64,000 nucleotides of DNA from an uncultured Phycisphaerales bacterium. GTDB taxonomy: Bacteria > Planctomycetota > Phycisphaerae > Tepidisphaerales > Tepidisphaeraceae. The translations under genes were made by a program, and so were the position numbers. The notes under the pieces were generated by a model, which saw only the letters and a list, made by a program, of their open reading frames with translations, had not been told where the DNA came from and did no database searches. Where the stretch lies: assembly GCA_963758525.1 (NCBI GenBank), contig CAVWVQ010000003.1:1760001-1824000 (forward strand), in the 5' to 3' direction. The number at the start of each line of letters is the position of its first letter. The first letter of the stretch is position 1. Positions 39,996-50,617 of the stretch are shown in pieces.

Positions 39996-40200
39996 GACGG
40001 AAAGGAAAGAAATTGCTGTCAACATTGACTGCTCCAACTCCCCTCCCCCCTGATGTCAGGGAATGTAAGGTAATGCAAGCCGACAGCGGTTTTCAGGGGA
40101 TCGTGGGGGATGTGAACCTGAGAGTTTTTTTTATCGAGCACGCTCGCGGTAAACCGCGGCGGCGAGGGAGCGTAGAAGGGGCGGCGGACGAAAGATTGTC

Positions 40201-42708
40201 ATGCGGCTGATTCGTACTATTTCCATGGCCGGGGTGATGCTGGGCATCGGCTTCGGTCTGGCGGCGCGGGGCGGCGCTGGCGATGCGCCCGTCGCGGCGA
40301 GGTCCGGGGCAACCGCCGGGGGTGCAAGCCCGGCGCCGGCGGATTCCGTGGGTGTCAATGGGGCGGGGCAGAGTGATTTTGACAAGAGCGTCTGGCCGAT
40401 TCTGCAAGCGCGGTGCGGCAAGTGTCATTTGGACGGCAATCGAAAGGGCGGGCTGCGGCTGGATTCGCGTGACCTGATTCTGCAGGGGGGCGACACCGGG
40501 CCGGCGGCGGTGGCGCATCAGAGCGGGAGGAGCCTGCTGATCGACCGGCTGACGACGACGGATCGCGATGACCTGATGCCCAAGAAGGGCCCGCCGCTGC
40601 CGAAGGGGGAGATTGACGTTTTGCGCGGGTGGATTGACCGGGGGATGCCGTGGGGCAAGGCATCGGCGTCGACGAAGCCGAGTTATGTTGCTCCGCTGCA
40701 GCCGCGCCGGCCGGCGATTCCCGCGCCGCTGGCGGCGGGCGGGAGCGGGAATCCGATCGATCGGTTTGTGGATGTTTATTTTCACGCCCACCAGATCGTG
40801 CCGCACGCGGTGGTGGACGACCGGATGTACGCGCGGCGGGTTTATATGGATGTGCTGGGGCTGCTGCCGACTCCGGGGCAACTGGCGGACTTTGAACGCG
40901 ATGCATCGGCAGAAAAGCGATCGCGACTGGTGGCGGGCCTGCTGAGCGAGGGGCAGGCCTACGCGGAAAACTGGATGAGCTTCTGGGACGATGCGCTGCG
41001 CAATGATTACCAGGGGACCGGCTACATCGACGGCGGGCGCAAGCAGATCACGGAATGGCTCTACCACGCGCTGAGCACGAACATGCCATACGACCAGTTC
41101 GTGCGCGAGTTGGTGGCTGCCGCGCCCGGGGCGGAAGGATATACCGACGGCATCATCTGGCGCGGCGCGGTGAGCGCAAGCCAGCGCCGCGAGCTGCAGG
41201 CGGCGCAGGGCATTTCGCAGGTGTTTCTCGGCATCAACATGAAATGCGCCTCGTGCCACGACAGCTTCATCAATGACTGGAAGCTTGCCGACGCGTATGG
41301 GCTGGCCAGCATCTATTCCGATACGGGGTCGATCGACATTTTCCGGTGCGAAAAGCCGACGGGCAAAACCGCGACGGCGCGGTTCATCTATCCGCAGCTT
41401 GGGTCGATCAACGCATCTGATCCGAAGCCGGCGCGGATGAAGCGGCTGGCGGATCTGATCACATCGCCGCAAGACGGACGGCTTGCCCGCACCATCGTGA
41501 ATCGGTTGTGGCAGCGCTTCATGGGGCGCGGCATCGTGGAGCCGGCTGACGACATGGACAAGGAACCGTGGAGCGTCGACCTGCTGGATTTTCTCGCATC
41601 GGACCTGGCGGACCATCACTACGACCTCAAGCAGACGATCGCGCTGATCCTGACGTCGCGGGCGTATCAGTTGCCGGCCGTTGGAGAGAGCGACGTGGCA
41701 GAGAGTTCGTTTGTGTTTCACGGGCCGACGGTCCGCCGGATGTCGGCCGAGCAGTTTCGCGATGCCGTCGCGATGGCGACGGGCATCTGGCCTTCGCAGG
41801 CAGCGACACCGGTGTTTCCGCAGAGCCCGGACCGGTCGCTGCTGCCGGGAGCGCGGTGGATCTGGAGCGATGCGAAAGCCGCTGTCGCTGCCGAGCCGGG
41901 CACGATTTACTTTCGCAAGACGATCACGCTTGCGAACAAGCCGACGGCCGCAGTGGCGATCGCCGCGTGTGACAATCGCTTCGTCCTGTATGTGAACGGG
42001 AAAAAAGTCGCGGCCGGCGACACTTGGAAGACGCCGGTGCGCGTCGATCTTCGCGGGTATTTCAAGGCGGGTCAGAATCTGATCGCGGTCGCCGCCACCA
42101 ATGACGACACTGGCAAGCCCAATCCGGCCGGGTTTCTGCTGTCGGGAGACATATTCGTTTCCGGACAATCGCCGCAACCGCTTGTGAGCGATGCTTCGTG
42201 GAGCTGCTCGAAAGAGCTGGTGCCCGGCTGGAACGAAAAGAAGGCGGACCCGGGTGACTGGCAGGCAGCGGACGTGCTGGGGGACAGCTCCATCGATCCC
42301 TGGCGAATCAATACGATTCTGAAAACAGTTTCGGGCGACACCGCGGCACTGAAGATTCGCGCTGTCTGGACGACGCGCGACTCGCTCATGAATGCGATGG
42401 GACGCCCGACGCGGGAGCAGGTTGTCACCTCGCGCATCACGCAGGCGACGATGCTGCAGGCGCTGGAATTCACCAACGGACCGGAGCTTGCCGACATCAT
42501 CTCGCGCGGAGCGGCGGGCTCACTGACGGTCAGCAGCGATCCGGAGAAGACCGCGCGCGATCTCTTCGAGCGGGCGCTGGGACGCGATCCGCTTCCCAGT
42601 GAGATGGAGCAATGCCGTCAGCTTCTGGGCGATCCAGCGAGCCAAAGCGGGGTGGAGGATTTGTATTGGGCGGTTTTCATGCTGCCGGAGTTTCAGTTGA
42701 TTTATTGA
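40201..42708 (+). CDS. Planctomycete cytochrome c + DUF1549/DUF1553 (PSD1) protein
   Basis: CGKCH, CASCHD, NPIDRFV, RRVYMDVLGLLPT, NMPYDQFVREL, ARTIVNRLW, RRMSAEQFRD. Confidence 0.93.
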   Translation: MRLIRTISMAGVMLGIGFGLAARGGAGDAPVAARSGATAGGASPAPADSVGVNGAGQSDFDKSVWPILQARCGKCHLDGNRKGGLRLDSRDLILQGGDTGPAAVAHQSGRSLLIDRLTTTDRDDLMPKKGPPLPKGEIDVLRGWIDRGMPWGKASASTKPSYVAPLQPRRPAIPAPLAAGGSGNPIDRFVDVYFHAHQIVPHAVVDDRMYARRVYMDVLGLLPTPGQLADFERDASAEKRSRLVAGLLSEGQAYAENWMSFWDDALRNDYQGTGYIDGGRKQITEWLYHALSTNMPYDQFVRELVAAAPGAEGYTDGIIWRGAVSASQRRELQAAQGISQVFLGINMKCASCHDSFINDWKLADAYGLASIYSDTGSIDIFRCEKPTGKTATARFIYPQLGSINASDPKPARMKRLADLITSPQDGRLARTIVNRLWQRFMGRGIVEPADDMDKEPWSVDLLDFLASDLADHHYDLKQTIALILTSRAYQLPAVGESDVAESSFVFHGPTVRRMSAEQFRDAVAMATGIWPSQAATPVFPQSPDRSLLPGARWIWSDAKAAVAAEPGTIYFRKTITLANKPTAAVAIAACDNRFVLYVNGKKVAAGDTWKTPVRVDLRGYFKAGQNLIAVAATNDDTGKPNPAGFLLSGDIFVSGQSPQPLVSDASWSCSKELVPGWNEKKADPGDWQAADVLGDSSIDPWRINTILKTVSGDTAALKIRAVWTTRDSLMNAMGRPTREQVVTSRITQATMLQALEFTNGPELADIISRGAAGSLTVSSDPEKTARDLFERALGRDPLPSEMEQCRQLLGDPASQSGVEDLYWAVFMLPEFQLIY

Positions 42709-42709
42709 A

Positions 42710-43040
42710 GGGGAAAGGGGGGAAGGCACGGAGGGGGGAAGGCACGCAGGGGGGAAGGCACGGAGGCACGAAGGGGGGAAGGCACGAAGGCACGGAGGCA
42801 CGAAGGGGAGGAAGGGGATGTTTGTGGCGGGCACTTGGTTCGACATAGTTGTTCCGCCGATCGCGCGGATCGTTTCAGTTGGTTGATTGAACGGCGTGCG
42901 GCTTGCGGCGTATGGAAGAGTAGGTACGAAGGCATCCGCCACGTCGGATAAACTGCGGCACGAAGGGAGGAAGTAGGATGTTTGTGCTTTAGTTGGTCCG
43001 TTGAACGGCGTGCGGCTCGGGGCGTATGGAAGAGTGGGAT
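42710..43040 (+). repeat. Purine-rich AAGGCACGG tract plus imperfect duplicated blocks
   Basis: AGGCACGnAGG repeats at 42724-42810; TTGAACGGCGTGCGGCT..GGCGTATGGAAGAGT twice (~42887, ~43001). Confidence 0.65.
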
Positions 43041-43066
43041 CAGCGGATGAAAAGGAAAGAGCGCGC

Positions 43067-44503
43067 ATGAATTCTCACCGTCGGGATTTTTTGAAGGGGC
43101 TTGGGGCGGCGACGTTGTCGGCGATGACCGCGGGAGCGCCGCGGTTGTTCGCGGAGGCTTCGGCAAGCGGTCCTGCGCGGCTGGAGAAGATCGCGCCCAC
43201 CGCTGATACGCTGATCGTGCTGTGGATGGCCGGGGGCATGGCGCATACGGAGACGTTTGATCCGAAGCGTTACACGCCTTTTGAAAAGGGGACGCCGTCG
43301 AACCGCGTGCTGAGTACATTTCCGAGCATCGATACGGCGGTCGACGGGATCAAATTTTCGCAGGGGCTGGAGCGCATCGCGTCGGTGATGGATCGCGGGG
43401 CGCTGATTCGGACGTACAACGCGGCGGATCTGGGCGCGATCTTGCACTCGCGGCATCAATTTGCATGGCACACGGGTTATGCGCCGCCACAGACGGTTGC
43501 CGCCCCGCACATTGGGGCGTGGGTGGCCAAGGCGCTGGGTCCGGTCAATCCGGCGATCCCGTCGTTCATTGACATCGGGCAACGGCTCGATCTGGGCGAA
43601 GGGGAGGAACTGAAGGCGTTTCACACCGGCGGATTCTTCGGCAGCGAGTTCGGGCCGTTCCTGATTCCCGAGCCGGCGGAGGCGATGAACGGCGTGCGCC
43701 CGCCCAAGGGAATGAGTCCCGCGCGATTTCAAAACCGGGAGCGGTTCTACAAGCAGCTCGTTGCGGAAAGCCCGATCGGCCGGTCGGGATCGGATTATCA
43801 GAAGGAGTCGCTCCTGCGGGCGATGGACAACGCGGATCGGCTCCTCAATTCGCCGTCAGCGTCCGCGTTCGACTTGTCGCGGGAGCCGAAGGAAAGCTAC
43901 GACGCGTACAACACCGGGCGTTTTGGGCTCGGCTGTTTGCTTGCCAGGCGCCTTACGCAGGCGGGCGCCCGGTTCATCGAAGTCACGACCGAGTACATTC
44001 CGTTCCTGAATTGGGACACTCACGCGAAGGGACACGAGATCGCGGTGACGATGAAGAAGCAGATCGATGCGCCGGTGGCCCAGTTGGTGCTGGATCTGGA
44101 GAAGAGCGGGCACCTCGACCGCACGCTGATTGTTTTAGCCAGCGAGTTCAGCCGGGACATGATGCTCGAAGGGAGCCCCGGGAAGAAGGTGAAAGACCAG
44201 GTGCAGGTGCCCGATCTGATGGAGAAGCCGGAGAACTACGGCATGCACCGGCATTTCACTGGGGCGGGCTCGGTCCTGCTGTTCGGCGGGGGAATCAAGA
44301 AGGGCTTTTTGTATGGGAAAACCGCGGATGAGCGGCCTTGCACGACGCTTGAACATCCGGTGGTGATCGAGGATCTGCATGCGACGATCTATCGTGCGAT
44401 GGGGATCTCGCCGAAGCTGGCGTATGAGATCGAGCGACGGCCGTTTTACTCAACGCGCGACGGGTCGGGGAAAGCGATCATGGAACTGTTCGCCAGGGGG
44501 TGA
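43067..44503 (+). CDS. DUF1501 family protein with Tat signal
   Basis: HRRDFLK, LWMAGGMAHTETFDPK, CLLARRL, WDTH, SEFSR. Confidence 0.93.
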   Translation: MNSHRRDFLKGLGAATLSAMTAGAPRLFAEASASGPARLEKIAPTADTLIVLWMAGGMAHTETFDPKRYTPFEKGTPSNRVLSTFPSIDTAVDGIKFSQGLERIASVMDRGALIRTYNAADLGAILHSRHQFAWHTGYAPPQTVAAPHIGAWVAKALGPVNPAIPSFIDIGQRLDLGEGEELKAFHTGGFFGSEFGPFLIPEPAEAMNGVRPPKGMSPARFQNRERFYKQLVAESPIGRSGSDYQKESLLRAMDNADRLLNSPSASAFDLSREPKESYDAYNTGRFGLGCLLARRLTQAGARFIEVTTEYIPFLNWDTHAKGHEIAVTMKKQIDAPVAQLVLDLEKSGHLDRTLIVLASEFSRDMMLEGSPGKKVKDQVQVPDLMEKPENYGMHRHFTGAGSVLLFGGGIKKGFLYGKTADERPCTTLEHPVVIEDLHATIYRAMGISPKLAYEIERRPFYSTRDGSGKAIMELFARG

Positions 44504-44520
44504 TGGGATCGCGTGGGAGC

Positions 44521-44913
44521 CTATTTGCGTTTCGGCTCGTCCCATTCAACGATCGTCGCGTCGCCCCACAGATTATCGAGATCGTAGAAACTGCGGGCAT
44601 CGGAGCTGAAGACATGGGCGACGACGTCGACAAAATCGACGACGATCCACTGGCCGCTGTCGTCGCCGACCCGAGAGAGGGCATGATTCCGCTGCGATTC
44701 GCCCAGTTCCTGGAGATCGTCGGCAACGCTTTTCATCTGACGCGGGGAAGTCCCGGTGGCCAGGATCATGTAGTCGGTGATGGGAGAAATGCCGGTGGCG
44801 TCGAGGACGCGGACATTGGAGCAGCGCGTGTTGGCAAGCAGGCGCGCGGCTTCCACTGCAAATTTGCGGGCGGCGGGCACCTTGGCGGCTTTGGTGGCGA
44901 TCGATTTGCGGAT
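44521..44913 (-). CDS. rsfS: Ribosome silencing factor RsfS (likely ATC start; GTG at 44880 is the alternative)
   Basis: ITDYMILATGTSPRQMKSVAD, WIVVDFVDVVAHVF, RSFYDLDNLWGDA. Confidence 0.93.
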   Translation of the reverse strand: MRKSIATKAAKVPAARKFAVEAARLLANTRCSNVRVLDATGISPITDYMILATGTSPRQMKSVADDLQELGESQRNHALSRVGDDSGQWIVVDFVDVVAHVFSSDARSFYDLDNLWGDATIVEWDEPKRK

Positions 44914-44939
44914 GATTCACCTCCTGAATCGCATTGGCT

Positions 44940-46458
44940 TTAATGGCCTGCCTGCAGAATATTCAATCGGGTAATCGCGTGTTTGACGTTGCGGAGGTAA
45001 GAGATGCGCTCGTCGTCATACTGGGGCTGGCGATCCCTCGCGGCCAGCGCCACGACATGCGGGAAAATTTGAAGAACTTCCTGATCGGAAAACCCCGCGA
45101 CGGACTGCCTGCCGCTGTGAGTGGGAAACGCCGCTGCCATCACCTCGTCTTCGGTGTAATAGGTGAGAACGATGCGTTCGCTAATGATCATGGCGCGTTG
45201 GTACTCGGCGATTGCGCCTGGCGCGGAGCTTGCGGGCTTCGTCGCCGGACGCCTGGCGCAGCCGCAGGTAATCGCGATCGGCATCACTCATCGAGCGATA
45301 CTCGTCGGCGTCGGCGAGCATCGAGGCATAGATCTGGAACCGCTGGGCATAAGCAGGGTTTCGGAGATGGCGCGAGATTTCCTCGCTGGTCTCCGACGCG
45401 AGCACACCCGCGCGGGCGAATTCCTGCTCCGCCAGTTGCGCCAGCCTCGGGTCGCGCGGCTCGCTGGCAAGCGGGATCGCGTCGATCGCGGCATCGCTCT
45501 CGGCGGTTGGATTTTCCAGCGTCTGGATGGCAAAAGCGCGAGCCTCGGAGGCGCGGGCTTCGGTTATTTCCTGCTGGGTCCAGGCTTGCAGCTCCAGGCC
45601 CGGGCGGCTGTCGATCACCATCGGGCTGACCTGCAGCGGCTTTTGTCCATCGACCGATTGGGCGACCTGCGCCCGCTTCGCGTAGTTGTAGGCCAGCGCC
45701 GCTGGCGGCACGCCATAAGGATAAGGGTCAAACTTCGCGAGGTATTGCAGTCGCGATCCGTCATTCCACTCTCCCTTCACGTCGGCGGGGCGCGGCCGGG
45801 TTGGAGCGAGAAGTTCCGGCAGAATGTTGTTGTTTTCATCCAGCGCGAGCGTGTTCTGCCAGAGCCGGTGAAAGTGCGTGTCGTCGGGATAGGCGACCTG
45901 CCGGTTGGTGTCGGTCATCGATTCTTCGCGCAACTGGCGGTTGTAAAACTTCTCCTCGGGCCGCGTGGGATGTCCGCCGAGCTTATTGGAGTAGATGGTC
46001 GCGATCGACTGGAGGATGTTGATATCGCCCGGCTTTTCCTTGAGCACGCTGTCGGCGTATTCCAGCGCCTGCATGATCGTCACATATTTATTGGCGGGGC
46101 TGGCCATCAGCACGCTGATGTTGTAGGCCTTGTTCCAGATCTGGAAGAGGTGAACCGTATCGAACTCCGGCTGGAGAAGCCGGATCCACTCGACCTTGGT
46201 GTCGAAATCCTCGAGATCGCGATCGGATTTTTGCGTCTCGCTGCTGGACCAGAGGAACATCACCAGCGGCCCGCGCAACCCGCCGAGCACCAGCGCCAGT
46301 GCGAAGCTGTTCATTCCGCCCACTCCGGCCAGCGGGGACGAGCCGCCCTGTCCCGCCGATTCGGCAAGCTGCCAGTCCACGCTTTCCACGCGCAACAGCG
46401 ACGCCGCCACCAGCGACACGAGCATCACGGCGATAATTCCGAACCTGCCGCGGCTCAT
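44940..46458 (-). CDS. Membrane-anchored hypothetical protein in ABC operon, frameshift near 45220
   Basis: LGGLRGPLVMFLW, LQPEFDTVHLFQIWNKAYNISV; overlaps permease stop. Confidence 0.65.
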
Positions 46459-48644
46459 GGCGCGACCTCTTTGTATCGCAGGATGATGTATCCCGCGATG
46501 GTCACGCTCAAGCCGTATATCAGCAGCGCCTCTCCCGCGTCACCGAGAACCGAAAGCGGCATGCTGATGCCGCGCTCCAGGTTGTCAGTGGCGGGGAATC
46601 GTGAAACGTCCGGCAGGATGACCGCGAGCACGCGCAAGGTCTTGGCCAATGCCTCGACCGTGCTGCTGACGACCTTCGACTCCGTTGGATCGCGCACCAG
46701 GAAGTCGGATGAAACCGTGCGTCCAACCCCGGGATTCAACGCATCGCCCAATTGCGCCACGCCCCAGTTTCCCAGCAGCAGCAGAAGCGAGAGGACGATC
46801 GCGATCGGCCAGGACAAAAACGTGCTGCAGAAGACGGCGATGGAGACAACGAGAATCGAAAGCATCCACAAGATCAGAAAGCTCTTCAGCACGTTGCCGG
46901 AGAAGCTGCGATCGGCGGTGATCAGGGCCACAGAATCGTGCTGAACGTCAATCCACTGCTCATCGGTCCGTCCGCGCAGCTGCACGTCAAAGTCGCCGCC
47001 CTGCACGTCCTCGGCAGGCACGTCGAAGAATGTCATGCGATTAATCTCCGGCGTCACGCGAACCGCGCCGGAGCTCTTTCCCGTGCGCGTGTTGACAACC
47101 GTCAGTTCGACAACCGACTGCGAGGTGCCATTGTCAGCAAAATCCCCGGTCCGCTCCATCTTGACGGCAAGCTGAAATGCCGCTTTTCCCCCGGCGGGAG
47201 GCGTGTAGGACGCGCCGCGGAACGAGAAGACCGCAACACTTTGCACCTCGCCGGAGGTCCCGTTCACGATCATGCCGGCCCTTCCGGGCCGGCTCAAAAA
47301 TTTCGGCTGCTCTGGCTCACCGTTGATCTGGGCGGGACGGATCGTCATCCCCTTTCCGTTGTTGGCGGCCGGGATGAAGATCAGCACCGGCAGGGGTCCC
47401 ACGCCGTATTCGACTCCCGGCGTTCCCGCGCTGACATCCACGAAAAATTCGGGAAGCTCGGCCAACGAACCGACGGCCTTGTCGGAAATCGCGAAACTCC
47501 CGCTGGGCCGGCCGTTGATCCCATCCACCATGTGCACCCCGCTGGCGCTGGCGCCGAGATCTTCGGGCTTCACCAGATCGCGGTCTCCCGCATTCACGAA
47601 ACGGAAGTTGAGAACGGGTGTGTACTTGGTCGGCTTGGTCTTGGGCGTCGGATTCAGCGACGGGCCGAACGGCTCCTGGGGCAACGCGTTGAGGGGCGGG
47701 ATGCCCATCCGCTCGGCGTCGGTCTGCTCCGCGGCGGACAGCGGCAGCCAGTTCACCCGCAGCGTCGTGACCAGGTCCACTTCGGCCCCTTGCGCCGCGG
47801 CGGCGGCCAGCACGCTTCGCTCTTCCTCGGTCGGCGCAGAATGCACGAGAAAGTATTGCGGCTTGCCGCCGCGCATCCAGCGCAATCCATCGGACGGCGG
47901 CCGGGAGTAGATATTGAGGTCGGTTGCAAAGTCGAAGCTTCGCGTCTCGAGAAAGCCGTGGTCGGCGTAGTGCGCCAGCGTCGCGCGGTCCGCGGAGTCG
48001 GCGGGCAGGTTCGCCAGCTGCGCCCGGACGCCTTGGACGCGGAAATAATTGCGCGCTTCGAGATACGCGTAAGTGAACAGGCCCATGATCAGGAGAATTG
48101 CCGCGGAAACGCGGGCGAATCCGATCACCTTTCCGAAGACGATTTCGAGCCGTGTGGTCGGCTTGGTGACGATGGTGAAGATGACGCGATTCTCGATCTC
48201 GCGCGGAAGATTGGTGGATGCGAGAATCAGCGCCGTGATGACAACGATCAGTCCGCTGGCAAAGACGCAGAATTTTGCGGTCTGGCGGATGGCGTCCTGA
48301 TCGTCGGAGGCCTGCTGCAACTGCGACACCACGACGAGCCCGGCGATGGCAAGGGGCGTCACGAGCAGCACCCGGCGGCGCATCGACTCGGTGAAGCAAA
48401 CTCCCGAAAGCGCCCAAATCCGCCGCCACTGCAACCGGCGCACGTCGCTGAAGCCGACGATGAACCCGGCGACCAAAATGATGATCAGCGTGATCCACCC
48501 GGCCGCATGGCCAGCGGCGGGCGGAAGATCGGCTAACGGGAACCAGAGACAAGACACAAGAAAGACTCCAATGGCGACGTGCAGCTCAGGCTCAAGAATC
48601 CCGCATGCTGCGCGCGTTTCCAATCTCTCATTCAGCGACTGCAC
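46455..48644 (-). CDS. ABC-2-type permease with a large extracytoplasmic domain (start uncertain)
   Basis: LPREIENRVIFTIVTKPTTRLEIVFGKVIG, STFLSWPIA, C-terminal KEVAP. Confidence 0.8.
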   Translation of the reverse strand: MQSLNERLETRAACGILEPELHVAIGVFLVSCLWFPLADLPPAAGHAAGWITLIIILVAGFIVGFSDVRRLQWRRIWALSGVCFTESMRRRVLLVTPLAIAGLVVVSQLQQASDDQDAIRQTAKFCVFASGLIVVITALILASTNLPREIENRVIFTIVTKPTTRLEIVFGKVIGFARVSAAILLIMGLFTYAYLEARNYFRVQGVRAQLANLPADSADRATLAHYADHGFLETRSFDFATDLNIYSRPPSDGLRWMRGGKPQYFLVHSAPTEEERSVLAAAAAQGAEVDLVTTLRVNWLPLSAAEQTDAERMGIPPLNALPQEPFGPSLNPTPKTKPTKYTPVLNFRFVNAGDRDLVKPEDLGASASGVHMVDGINGRPSGSFAISDKAVGSLAELPEFFVDVSAGTPGVEYGVGPLPVLIFIPAANNGKGMTIRPAQINGEPEQPKFLSRPGRAGMIVNGTSGEVQSVAVFSFRGASYTPPAGGKAAFQLAVKMERTGDFADNGTSQSVVELTVVNTRTGKSSGAVRVTPEINRMTFFDVPAEDVQGGDFDVQLRGRTDEQWIDVQHDSVALITADRSFSGNVLKSFLILWMLSILVVSIAVFCSTFLSWPIAIVLSLLLLLGNWGVAQLGDALNPGVGRTVSSDFLVRDPTESKVVSSTVEALAKTLRVLAVILPDVSRFPATDNLERGISMPLSVLGDAGEALLIYGLSVTIAGYIILRYKEVAP

Positions 48645-48708
48645 GGGCAGCGATCACCCGCGCGGGCAGCGACCCATCAGCACGGGCGCTTCCTCGCGCC
48701 CGATCATT

Positions 48709-49589
48709 TCAAACCCGCGTCGCCGCACCGTTTCCGCTGTTTTCGCGCACCACCCGCATGAAGAGGTCTTCCAGCGTGGTGGTCGGATGCGTGATGGTCG
48801 ACTCGCCGACTCCGATCCGCGTGAGGAATTCCTGAATCTCCCGAACCTTCTCCGCGTCGAGCCCGCGCGCCTGAATCTGCGTGATGTCCTTCACCTGAAT
48901 CAGATCTTTCACCTGACCCAGCGTCTGCATTTTGCCGGCATACAGGATTGTGATGCGATCGCAAACGTCCTGCACGTCCGCCAGCAGATGACTGCAGAGA
49001 AGCACCGTCTTCCCCTGCGCTTTGAGCGAAAGAATCAGATCCTTCATCTCGCGCGTGCCGATGGGATCGAGCCCGGTGGTGGGTTCGTCCAGCAGAATCA
49101 GGTCGGGATTATTGATCAGCGCTGCGCCAGCCCAATGCGGCGGGCCATCCCTTTGGAATATTCGCGAAGCTTGCGCTTGCGGCTCTTGGCGTCGAGCCCG
49201 ACGGTGTCGAGCAGCGCCGGGACCCGGCGATTCAATTCCTTGCGGGGGATTTTGAACAGCCGGCCGTAGAAGCGGAGCGTCTCTTCGCCATTGAGGAAGC
49301 GATAGAGATACGACTCTTCAGGAAGGAACCCGATGCGCTCATTGATGGAGGTGTTGCCGGCCGGCTGACCGAGGATCGACGCCCGCCCTGCGGTGGGGAA
49401 AATAAGCCCCAGCAGCAGCTTGATGGTCGTGCTCTTTCCCGATCCGTTGGGCCCGAGCAGTCCGAACACCTCGCCGCGCGGGATCGAGAGATTCAGCCCG
49501 TCGAGCGCGCGGACTTTGTCCCGGCCCCAGAAGTCCTTGTACACCTTTGTCAGATTCTCGATCTGAACGGCGTGGTCGGCTGTGGACAT
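48709..49589 (-). CDS. ABC transporter ATP-binding protein, frameshift near 49120
   Basis: [23 protein letters not shown] (next frame), CSHLL. Confidence 0.92.
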
Positions 49590-49606
49590 AATTCTCGAAA
49601 GTGTTG

Positions 49607-49786
49607 CTACCGCATCGGCTTGAGACGTGGCTTGCTGCGAGCGCGGCGGCGGCGCTTCTCGCTGGGCTTTTCGTAATAGGCAATGCGCTTGATGTCTTTG
49701 GTGAGACCCTCTTTTTCACACGCCTTCTTGAATCGGCGCAGCATCTGCTCGGCGGTTTCACTCCCGCGCGACTTAACCCTGATCAT
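49607..49786 (-). CDS. rpsU: 30S ribosomal protein S21 (59 aa; absent from ORF track)
   Basis: Hand translation [48 protein letters not shown]...; AAGGA RBS. Confidence 0.95.
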   Translation of the reverse strand: MIRVKSRGSETAEQMLRRFKKACEKEGLTKDIKRIAYYEKPSEKRRRRARSKPRLKPMR

Positions 49787-49957
49787 TCAGTCCGGTCCTT
49801 TCTCGTTTCACTCGGCCGGCAACGCCACGACAGGCTTTGCCCGGCAATGGCAATTGCGATAGTGTACCCGGGCAGCCCGCGCGATCAAGCGGCGGAGCAG
49901 AATGAGGGTTCAGGTGCCAGGGTTTTGGCCCAAATTTGGTGAGTGGCTGCCTGCCCA

Positions 49958-50062
49958 CTTTTCATTTTAGCTTTTTCATTTTTCATTTTTCATTTTGTGC
50001 CTTCCGATGGGGCTCCGAGGGGATTGAATGAAAAATGCCAAGTGAAAAATGAAAAATGAAAA
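49958..50062. repeat. Inverted heptamer tracts (TTTTCAT)n ... (ATGAAAA)n
   Basis: TTTTCATTTTTCATTTTTCATT and GAAAAATGAAAAATGAAAA. Confidence 0.7.
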
Positions 50063-50112
50063 GGTTATGCTCGTATTTCCTGACCCCTGACACCCTGAAC
50101 CGACTCCTGACC

Positions 50113-50505
50113 ATGATACAGCAGCACACCATCACCCTGCGAGTTCGCTATCCCGAGGCCGATGCGATGGGATATTTGCATCACAGCCGCTTTTTCCAGT
50201 ACTTCGAAATGGGGCGGATCGAGCTGCTCCGCGCCGCCGGACACAATTATACCGACGTCGAGAAGCAGGGGATTTTCTTTGCCGTCGTGAAAGCAGAGTG
50301 CCGCTACAAGGCCCCCGCCCGCTTTGATGATGAACTGACCCTGCTGACTCGCATCACCCGCCAGACCCTGGTGCGGATCGACCACTCGTACGAACTCCGC
50401 CGCGGGAACATGCTGCTGGCCGAGGGGGAAACGACCATCGCGTGCGTGGATCGCCAGGGGAAGCTGGTCCAGATTCCCACCACGCTTGCTGCTCCCGAAG
50501 CATAG
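50113..50505 (+). CDS. Acyl-CoA thioesterase (YbgC/FadM family)
   Basis: RVRYPEADAMGYLHH..F.QYFEMGR, YKAPARFDDEL. Confidence 0.9.
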   Translation: MIQQHTITLRVRYPEADAMGYLHHSRFFQYFEMGRIELLRAAGHNYTDVEKQGIFFAVVKAECRYKAPARFDDELTLLTRITRQTLVRIDHSYELRRGNMLLAEGETTIACVDRQGKLVQIPTTLAAPEA

Positions 50506-50617
50506 ATTTCCGCGGATTTCCAAGAGCTTTGCAATATTTCAATCGGTCGGGCGTATAGAAGAGCATTCGGTGCTCATGTCGGGCGTCGATTCACACTCAA
50601 ATGTTTTGGAGGCTTCC

